Shown: positions 56,924-64,000 of the stretch, piece by piece | How the letters are laid out: every line of letters starts with the position of its first letter | How positions within the stretch are numbered: position 1 is the stretch's first letter | Source of the DNA: Gammaproteobacteria bacterium | Lineage (GTDB): Bacteria; Pseudomonadota; Gammaproteobacteria; GCA-001735895 | Assembly (NCBI GenBank): GCA_030595795.1 | Contig: JAUVCH010000002.1 | Location: forward strand, 7,216-71,215 | Length of the DNA stretch: 64,000 nucleotides | Direction: 5' to 3' | Notes under the pieces: model-generated | The model's database searches: none | Seen by the model: the letters and a program-made list of their open reading frames with translations, nothing else | What the model was told of the DNA's origin: nothing | Program-made: the position numbers and the translations under genes

Positions 56924-57232
56924 GGCGGAATCATCTGCCTATTCTTCCCGCTTCGCAAATAAACGTAAATTTTCGGTTCTGCTGGCATGTATAATGAAAA
57001 ATTTAACATTATTAGTTAAACTATTGAAAATAATAAGGAAAGCGTAACTATTTTTATTGTTGTTCAGACCTCATCGTCTATACTAAATTGTGCAATATGC
57101 CCCAGTGGCCCGCGTTGCTAAATGAAAGGCCTTTTCTATTGAATTAAAGATCCGATAACCAGAACTGACACTGTTGTGAAAAAAATATTATCAGCACTTC
57201 TGAGTTGGTTCGCCCTTAAAGCTGAGGGCGAA

Positions 57233-60200
57233 ATGCTCTCAGATGCCCGGGAATCCAATACCAGAACTACAGGCAGATCGAAGTCTGGGTTATGGCTGCT
57301 ACTTTTGTTGATGCTGTTTGGGGTGGCATCACCGGCGCTTGCGGGTGAGTTTTGCGTACAAAACCCCAGCTTTTTTGGCGTCGACGATACTGGTGACGGC
57401 ATTAACGATTTTGGTATTGTTGATGGTGAAGATCCTGCCACTGTGCAATTCATTAACGACAACAATGTTACTCAGATCACTATCGATGGTGATTGTACTT
57501 TTCGCAACTGGACGGCTAGCAACCCGTTAACTGTCACCCTCAATTTTCAGACTAGCGACCCGTCGATTTATCTCATCACGTTTGATAATGTGGTTTTTAC
57601 CGGCAACATGGCCTGCGCCAGCATCGACCATCGTATCTGGTTTGTTAATGGCGACCCAGCTGATTTTAATAGCTCCTGTCAGGATTTGTTTATACCGGTC
57701 GAATCTATCAATAAAGCTGTTCCTGCCGGCAAAACCACGGTTGGTATTGGTGAAGTCTTTACCTACACGCTGAAGGTACCCGTTTTATACGACCCGGCGA
57801 ATGACGTGGTGATTAGTGATTCGGGTTCGTTGAACGAGTTGCATAGCATTGTCGTTACCGATGATATCAACGAAATTGGCGCTAACCTGACCCTGGTAGG
57901 GGCACCTACCGTAGTGTGGGCGGCCGGTAGTTCTCAAAGCGGATCTGTATCGCACAATTTTACTAATAGTGCAGGGCTACTTACTTTTGAAATTCTGCCA
58001 ACTGGTATAGCACAGGTGTCAATAGGCGACCAGTTCGAAATCAAAATTACGCTTTCGGTCGACGATACTAATGTTATCGGTACGCAGTTTTTTAATACGG
58101 CAAGGTGGGTATTCGGGCGGTTAATCGAGTTAGACCCGAATGATGATAATGGTGATGGCGATCTCGAACTGACTTTCTTCGACCCCTTACCCGGTGAAAA
58201 TGGTGTCTCCGAACTATTAACTATCGGTGCCCCGGATCTGACTGTTACCAAGTCGAGTCCTGACACCGCGTTAAATATCGGTATACAGGGGACATTTTTT
58301 ATCGATGTGCAGAATACGGGTAATACCGATGCCTGGGATTTCACTATCATCGATGAAATTCCGGGTGCCGCGGATAATCCGGCTCTACCGTTAGTCGCGG
58401 GTATGTGTCAATTCGATCCGAGTGCCACGGTCACCGCACAGATTTTTGAAGCCGATGGTACGACGGCTGTCAGCCCTGTGTTAACAGCTGGTGCCGATTA
58501 TTCGATTAGTTTCAATAATGCAATACCCCTGCCCTGTGAGTTGACGCTAGTCTTTGACAGTTCCGGCCCCAATGCGGCTGTGCTCGCGCCCGGCGAACGT
58601 CTGATCATTAGCTATCAGTCAGAACTCGACAGTGCTCCACCGATGGATCAGGATGGTGCCTTACTAACCAATGTCGCGGGTGCGACCCAATGGTATAGCT
58701 CGGATCCCAACGGTACGCCAATAGCTACTGTTACTAATGAAACGCTAACTGATGGTACGCCTGGTGACACCACCGATCACGAATCCAGCTATACCATTAC
58801 CGCTGGTTTATCGGGTTACTTTTTTACCAAGTCCGTGCAAAACATTACTACCGGGGCGAACCCAGCAAGCACCGCAGCGGCCGGTGATACCCTGCGGTAC
58901 CAATTGCGCGTATTTAATATCGACCAGACGATCTCTTCTATCAACATTGTCGACAATGACTTAATCGCTGCTAATTTTGATACAGGTTCTTTTTCGATTG
59001 TCTCTTCGAATGCGGTTTCAGAAAATTACGACCCAGGCACCGGAACATTAACCATCGATGGTGGCAGCGTGTCAGCGCTGAATTTTCTGCTGGTCGAATA
59101 CGATATTAATCTCGCGGCAGGCCTGACTAATGGCGCAGTCGTATCCAACCAGGCGTCAATGACAGCGACCGGCACGATATCGCCTACCACGTTAAGTGAC
59201 GATCCCAATATTAACGGTGTCGATGACCCAACCACTCTACCCAATCCAGACCCAACCGTCATTACCATACTGCAGCCCGGCCCTCTGCTGAAAACCGGCG
59301 GCCCTGCAACAGCAACCATTGGTAATGAAATCACCTACAGAATCACGGTGCCAGAAGTTCCGCTTGCAACGCCGTTATACGATGTACGCATGCTGGATAA
59401 TTTGACGACCTCGAGTGCCGATCTGGAATTTGTTAGCGCGACGGTTGTTTCCGGTGGTAGCTGGACTCTGACCAATACCGGAACCAGTAATAACCTGGTC
59501 ATCGAAGATACCGGAGCAGGTATCGATATACCGACCAGCGGACAGGCGGTGATCGATGTCACGGTACGCGTATCGAACACCGTGAATAATCAAATTGGAG
59601 ATAGCTTCAACAATACGGCAACCTATACCTACAACCGCACCAACAATCTACTTGCGTCGCAGACACTGGGTAGTGGTGATACCACCCCTGTAACTACAGT
59701 AATCACTGAACCCGATATCTCGACAATTACCAAAATAGCTGACAATACGACACCGACCGCCGGCAGCACCATTCGCTATAGCGTGACGTTGACAGCAACT
59801 AGTGGCGCTAATATTTCGGACGTATTCGATGTCACTCTCAGTGATTCTTTGGATCTGGGGCTGGCATACGCAGGTAGCCCGACTGTTACAATCGGCAGTG
59901 GTGTCGGGAGTGATAATATCATTACCGACCCGGATGTCACCGGTGATGGTATCACCATACCGCAGTCGCTGGTGTGGAGCACGGTAGAAGCGGATATCGA
60001 CATCGATGCTGGCGAAACCATTATCATCGCCTACGATGTGCTTGTGCTGAACAATGTTTTGGCGAACCAGTCTCTAAGCAACAGTGTCATCGCGCAATGG
60101 ACCGGCATCGACGGTGTCAACACCTTCGAGCGCACCGGCATAGACGGTGTTGGCGGCGTGCTTAACGATTACGCGGTCGCACCTGTCGTGGAAACTGTAA

Positions 60201-63200
60201 CCACTGCGGATATCGTTACTACGATTAATAAAATTCGTAGCTCCGACACTTTTGTTGCGGGTGACGATAATGTCCGTATCGGCGATGTGATCGATTACAC
60301 ACTCACCATTCCGGTACCGGAAGGCACGCTTGGTAATTTGCAACTGGTCGATACCCTGAGCCAGGGTCTGGACTTCCTTGGTGTCGTCAGCATCAACGGT
60401 AATATCGGCCCGGCACCTTATTCTGCAATAGCACCATTTACCCATACCGATATTGCGGCTCCGGTCGAAGCGGGGGACCCTGCAACAGGCCCGAGCACGG
60501 TGACCTGGAATATTGGCAATTTATCGAATGCAGTCAATGATGGTCTTAGCGACAACTTCGTCATCGTTTATCAGGCGCAGGTACTTAACAACGATGTACT
60601 GGTGCAGGTCAACAGCACGGCGCTTAGCAACGGCATCACCATGACCTACGATACGGCAACGGGTACTGTTATTAGTACAGACAATGACACCGTCATCAAC
60701 GTGCTGCAGCCGAATGTGGCAGTGAACAAATCGGCTACACCCGCCAATGGTGATGTCTTCATTGATACCGGAGAAGTCATCACTTACAGCGTTGATCTGG
60801 TCAACACCGGTGCAGCGCCTGCCTATGACCTGGTACTCGAAGATATTATTCCGGTTGGCTTGCGGGCCGCAGTCCCGACTACCACCAGCATTACCCGGCA
60901 CACGACATCGACCGATGCCCTGGTCGCCACTCTGGCAGTTCTCGCCCCGACCTATAGCGTTGCTACCGGCCTCGCCACCTGGAATTTCGATACGGGCGTG
61001 GCTGATACCTATACCATCCCGGTCGGTGAAACTCTGCGTATCGTCTATACCGTGACCGCCGATGCCGGTATCGCTCAGGGCCTGATTCTGACTAATGCGG
61101 CCACTGCTACGCTTTACTATTCCTTCGATGATGAGGCGATACCAGCGGGTGCAGCTTCCACTGATCGCGAAATCTATGGCCCCAGCAATACCGCCAGCAC
61201 TACTTTGTTTACCTCTGCTCCACCGAGCAAGACTCTGATCACGCCAGCGGAAGCGACTATCGGTGAAGAGGTTGTCTATCAGGTTACCGTTCCCGGCGTA
61301 GCAAGTTCGAGTGCGCTATTCGATGTCAGTATTACCGATACGCTCGATACGAATCTGGAAATCACCAGTGTCACCGTCGCTGGCGTAGCTGGTGCTGTGG
61401 ACGCTAGCACCGCCAGCCAGATGAATATTGCTATCCCGACAATTCCGGCCGGACAACAGGCAACCATAGAACTGCGTACGCGACTACTCAATGTGCTTAG
61501 TGCGCAACAGGGCGTCGATATCAATAATACGGTTAGTTACAGCTACGCGTTTACTCCGGGTGGGACAGTGCAACCTACTCTGGCCAGTACCGACATAGTC
61601 ACGGTTAATATTGTCGAGCCGAACATTAGCGCGATCAGCAAGACCGTAGATATTCCTGCGCCAACATCGGGTGAAACGATTCGTTATAGCGTGCAGTTAG
61701 CCGCCAGTGGTGGTGTTGACTCATCCGATGTATTCGATGTGACGCTCACTGATAATCTCGATCTCGGTTTGATTTACGTCGGCAACCCGACGGTTACCGG
61801 GGCGTTGAACACCATTGGTGTGCCAGTGATTACTGGTAATGGAATCACGATTGCACAGACGCTGGTGTGGAGTTCGGCTGCTGTCGATACGAACATAGAT
61901 ATTGTCGAGGGCACGCCGATAACCATCGATTACGATGTGCGTCTCGACAACAGTGTCCTGGCTGGGCAAATTCTGAATAACAGCGCCGTCGCGCAGTGGA
62001 CCGGCATCGATGGTGCCAATGGCTTCGAACGCGATGGCTCCGATGGTATCGGCGGGTTAAATGACTACATCACCGTACCTGCCACGGTCGCACTCAATTT
62101 ACCCGGCATCAACACCACTATTAGCAAGCTACGTAGTAGCGATACCTTCGGTGCTGCCGATGACGATGTGCGAATTGGGGATATCGTCGAATATACGCTA
62201 ACAATTCCGATGCCAGAAGGTTCAATAAGCAATTTGCAACTGGTCGACACGCTGCCGCAGGGGCTCGATTTTGAAGGTATCGTCAGTATCAATGGCAATA
62301 TCGGTCCGGCACCTTATACGGCGGTCGCACCGTTCAGTCATGGCAATATCGATGCCACAGATGTAGTGGAATCTGGCGACCCGGCGTTAGGCGCTACGAC
62401 AATCACCTGGACTATTGGCACGCTCTCCAATCTACCGGTGGATAATCTGGCAAATGACTTTGTCATCGTGTACCGCGCACGGGTGATGAATCTCGTATTT
62501 GCGCACTCGCTCCTCAGTTTCTCGCTGAATAATATCGTTACCATGAGCTACGATACGGCTAGCGGCACGATCATCACTTCAGATCTGGGCACCGTCATTA
62601 CCGCTGGGCAGCCACTGTTGACGGTTAGCAAGACTGCGGCTCCTGCTGGCGGAGACACTATTATCGATGCGAGTGAGCTGATTGAATATACGATAGAGGT
62701 GGTCAACGGCGGCACGGCGCCAGCCTATGATTTGCTGTTACAGGATATTATTCCGCTGGGTATGCGCAATGGCGCGGCAACCGTAACCATGGTTAGCACC
62801 GAGTTACTGGTGGCGGGAGCTCTGGCCAATCCACCGCTGGTTTACAACGCCGCAACCGGATTGATACTCTGGGATCTGGATACTGGTGTCGCGGATACCT
62901 ACACGATTCCACCAGGAGACACCCTGAGATTAGTATACCGGGTGCAGGCAGATGCCGATCTGGGGCCGGGTCAAACCATGACCAATGCGGCGACCGCGAA
63001 TCTCTACTACTCCTTCGATGACGATGCGGTGCCAACACTCGGTTCAGTGAGCGGTATACGCGAGATTTACGGGCCGAGTAATACCGCCACGACCACGTTG
63101 ACTACTGCTGCCCCTGCGGCGCTACTAAAAGAGACTACACAAACGACGGCTTTCATTGGCGAACAGTTTACCTATCGCATTACCGTGCCTGCGACACCGC

Positions 63201-64000
63201 AGACCACGTCGCTGGAAGATGTCCGCATCCTCGATGACCTCTCTACTTCGTTGGCCGACCTGAGTTTTGTCAGCGTGACCAAAATTTCGGGATCCGAGCC
63301 ATGGACACCCGTGAATACCAGCGGTGATTCGACCAATTTGGTGATCGAAGATACTAGTATTGGCATCGATATTCCCGCAGGCGATCAGGCGGTAATCGAG
63401 ATTACCGTGGTAGTGAATGATAGCGTCGATAATTTTGCTGGTCTGGTGTTCAACAATACTGCCGATTATACCTACACGGTAGCTCAGACTCCCGGTTTAC
63501 CAGGTACCAGCGGCGATATGACGATCATTGGCGCAGATACGCTAGTGCTACAGAAAACCGGCCCAGTCACCATGCGCATCGGTCTTCCTGAAACCTTTAC
63601 CATCGATATTCAAAACACTGCCACGGCTACAGCCTGGGATATCACCATTGAGGATGTATTACCCGATCCGTCACCGGGTGGTATGTGCGATACCGCGCCA
63701 ACTATTCTCAGTGCCCAGGTTTTCGAGGCCGATGGTGTTACAGCCGTGTCGGGCCTCCTGTCCGAAGGCAGTGATTTTACCAGCAGTTTCATCGGCGTTC
63801 CTGTTTGTAGCTTAACCATCGTCATGCAATCTCCGAGTACCGCAATCGCACCCACGCAAAAATTAATCATTACCTACGAAGCCTTTATCAATAACGACAG
63901 TATCGGCGGCACCAGCCTGACTAATATTGCCGCCGCAACGCAATGGTTTAGCGACGATACCGCTGGTGGTGGCGCAACTGGTGAAATACGAACCTATACC
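57233..64000 (+). CDS. Giant secreted DUF11-like ('conserved repeat domain') surface protein / putative adhesin, 3' end beyond window
   Basis: Single open frame from GTG 57176 / ATG 57233 (signal peptide GRSKSGLWLLLLLMLFGVASPALA|GEF) to the window edge with no stop, over 2250 aa. Absent from the ORF track only because it is unterminated. Repeated modules with the DUF11-type signature, e.g. LTVSKTAAPAGGDTIIDASELIEYTIEVVNGGTAPAYDLLLQDIIPLGM. Ala/Thr/Val/Asp/Gly-rich, almost Cys-free. Confidence 0.7.
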   Translation, partial: MLSDARESNTRTTGRSKSGLWLLLLLMLFGVASPALAGEFCVQNPSFFGVDDTGDGINDFGIVDGEDPATVQFINDNNVTQITIDGDCTFRNWTASNPLTVTLNFQTSDPSIYLITFDNVVFTGNMACASIDHRIWFVNGDPADFNSSCQDLFIPVESINKAVPAGKTTVGIGEVFTYTLKVPVLYDPANDVVISDSGSLNELHSIVVTDDINEIGANLTLVGAPTVVWAAGSSQSGSVSHNFTNSAGLLTFEILPTGIAQVSIGDQFEIKITLSVDDTNVIGTQFFNTARWVFGRLIELDPNDDNGDGDLELTFFDPLPGENGVSELLTIGAPDLTVTKSSPDTALNIGIQGTFFIDVQNTGNTDAWDFTIIDEIPGAADNPALPLVAGMCQFDPSATVTAQIFEADGTTAVSPVLTAGADYSISFNNAIPLPCELTLVFDSSGPNAAVLAPGERLIISYQSELDSAPPMDQDGALLTNVAGATQWYSSDPNGTPIATVTNETLTDGTPGDTTDHESSYTITAGLSGYFFTKSVQNITTGANPASTAAAGDTLRYQLRVFNIDQTISSINIVDNDLIAANFDTGSFSIVSSNAVSENYDPGTGTLTIDGGSVSALNFLLVEYDINLAAGLTNGAVVSNQASMTATGTISPTTLSDDPNINGVDDPTTLPNPDPTVITILQPGPLLKTGGPATATIGNEITYRITVPEVPLATPLYDVRMLDNLTTSSADLEFVSATVVSGGSWTLTNTGTSNNLVIEDTGAGIDIPTSGQAVIDVTVRVSNTVNNQIGDSFNNTATYTYNRTNNLLASQTLGSGDTTPVTTVITEPDISTITKIADNTTPTAGSTIRYSVTLTATSGANISDVFDVTLSDSLDLGLAYAGSPTVTIGSGVGSDNIITDPDVTGDGITIPQSLVWSTVEADIDIDAGETIIIAYDVLVLNNVLANQSLSNSVIAQWTGIDGVNTFERTGIDGVGGVLNDYAVAPVVETVTTADIVTTINKIRSSDTFVAGDDNVRIGDVIDYTLTIPVPEGTLGNLQLVDTLSQGLDFLGVVSINGNIGPAPYSAIAPFTHTDIAAPVEAGDPATGPSTVTWNIGNLSNAVNDGLSDNFVIVYQAQVLNNDVLVQVNSTALSNGITMTYDTATGTVISTDNDTVINVLQPNVAVNKSATPANGDVFIDTGEVITYSVDLVNTGAAPAYDLVLEDIIPVGLRAAVPTTTSITRHTTSTDALVATLAVLAPTYSVATGLATWNFDTGVADTYTIPVGETLRIVYTVTADAGIAQGLILTNAATATLYYSFDDEAIPAGAASTDREIYGPSNTASTTLFTSAPPSKTLITPAEATIGEEVVYQVTVPGVASSSALFDVSITDTLDTNLEITSVTVAGVAGAVDASTASQMNIAIPTIPAGQQATIELRTRLLNVLSAQQGVDINNTVSYSYAFTPGGTVQPTLASTDIVTVNIVEPNISAISKTVDIPAPTSGETIRYSVQLAASGGVDSSDVFDVTLTDNLDLGLIYVGNPTVTGALNTIGVPVITGNGITIAQTLVWSSAAVDTNIDIVEGTPITIDYDVRLDNSVLAGQILNNSAVAQWTGIDGANGFERDGSDGIGGLNDYITVPATVALNLPGINTTISKLRSSDTFGAADDDVRIGDIVEYTLTIPMPEGSISNLQLVDTLPQGLDFEGIVSINGNIGPAPYTAVAPFSHGNIDATDVVESGDPALGATTITWTIGTLSNLPVDNLANDFVIVYRARVMNLVFAHSLLSFSLNNIVTMSYDTASGTIITSDLGTVITAGQPLLTVSKTAAPAGGDTIIDASELIEYTIEVVNGGTAPAYDLLLQDIIPLGMRNGAATVTMVSTELLVAGALANPPLVYNAATGLILWDLDTGVADTYTIPPGDTLRLVYRVQADADLGPGQTMTNAATANLYYSFDDDAVPTLGSVSGIREIYGPSNTATTTLTTAAPAALLKETTQTTAFIGEQFTYRITVPATPQTTSLEDVRILDDLSTSLADLSFVSVTKISGSEPWTPVNTSGDSTNLVIEDTSIGIDIPAGDQAVIEITVVVNDSVDNFAGLVFNNTADYTYTVAQTPGLPGTSGDMTIIGADTLVLQKTGPVTMRIGLPETFTIDIQNTATATAWDITIEDVLPDPSPGGMCDTAPTILSAQVFEADGVTAVSGLLSEGSDFTSSFIGVPVCSLTIVMQSPSTAIAPTQKLIITYEAFINNDSIGGTSLTNIAAATQWFSDDTAGGGATGEIRTYT
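59288..64000 (+). repeat. In-frame tandem super-repeats (about 1938 and about 1899 nt units, third unit truncated by the window) inside the giant gene
   Basis: Homologous anchor codons at 59291, 61229 and 63128, e.g. LKTGGPATATIGNEITYRITVP / SKTLITPAEATIGEEVVYQVTVP / LKETTQTTAFIGEQFTYRITVP. Long stretches, e.g. gcgcagtggaccggcatcga at 60096 and 61993, are about 80% identical at nucleotide level. 57.4-59.3 kb holds a more divergent copy. Confidence 0.7.

Noticed and set aside
56975-57000. Possible sigma-54 promoter (ctggcatgtataatg) upstream of the giant gene.
   Set aside because: The -24 GG is present but the -12 element (TTGC) is not. The string is better read as a sigma-70 -10 (TATAAT).
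61190-61240. Apparent frameshift or stop inside the giant repeat gene near the second repeat junction.
   Set aside because: Arose from a mis-copied line during manual translation. Re-reading the given sequence (…gccagcac tactttgttt acctctgctc…) keeps the frame open (S T T L F T S A P P S K T L I) and homologous to the other repeat copies.
1-64000. CRISPR arrays, rRNA or tRNA genes, integrases, and phage or defence-system genes.
   Set aside because: Scanned intergenic regions and ORFs. No short direct-repeat/spacer arrays, no rRNA/tRNA-like conserved blocks, and no recombinase, nuclease or NTPase defence architectures were found. The window is dominated by metabolic, transport and envelope genes.

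Overview
64 kb, about 50% GC, dense bacterial chromosomal segment on both strands. Gene content fits a (probably marine) sulfur-oxidising gammaproteobacterium: aprM-aprB-aprA (reverse adenylylsulfate reductase), TAXI-type TRAP transporter, Liv-type ABC transporter, and a Tat-dependent Cys-type formate dehydrogenase cluster with DUF3305/DUF3306/ferredoxin/TorD-like accessories. Layout in order:
- 1 to 11 kb: MATE efflux pump, TAXI-TRAP transporter, UspA, DMT transporter, ACC-deaminase-family PLP enzyme, DUF2721, 2-hydroxyacid dehydrogenase, GMC oxidoreductase.
- 11.1 to 11.8 kb: a lipoprotein gene interrupted by an in-frame TGA.
- 12.1 to 17.0 kb: five-gene Liv-type ABC importer.
- 17.0 to 22.9 kb: CHASE2 nucleotide cyclase transcribed divergently from a 1100-aa FecR / TPR / beta-barrel outer-membrane protein.
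- 22.9 to 24.0 kb: AT-rich islet with a Cys-containing secreted protein.
- 24.8 to 29.5 kb: aprMBA plus a small hypothetical, a SlyD-like PPIase and a HIT protein.
- 29.9 to 35.6 kb: tartrate/isopropylmalate dehydrogenase family enzyme, DMT transporter, GNAT, DUF3291, MFS transporter, and an excisionase-family-HTH (HTH_17-like) + periplasmic-binding-protein-fold regulator divergent from the formate dehydrogenase locus.
- 35.8 to 46.5 kb: formate dehydrogenase locus with a downstream NarI-like cytochrome b plus a CCG-domain HdrD/DsrK-like Fe-S protein.
- 46.7 to 56.9 kb: nine-gene cluster of three TPR proteins (691, 1059, 203 aa), ExbB, two ExbD and a long TonB-like protein.
- 57.2 kb to window end: a giant (>2250 aa, 3' truncated by the window) secreted protein built from DUF11-like repeats in tandem ~1.9 kb super-repeats.
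No rRNA, tRNA, CRISPR array or recognisable IS/transposase was seen. The best candidates for undescribed biology are the CHASE2-cyclase / FecR-TPR-barrel pair, the hybrid FDH-plus-HdrDE-like module, and the TPR/Ton-like cluster next to the giant repeat protein.
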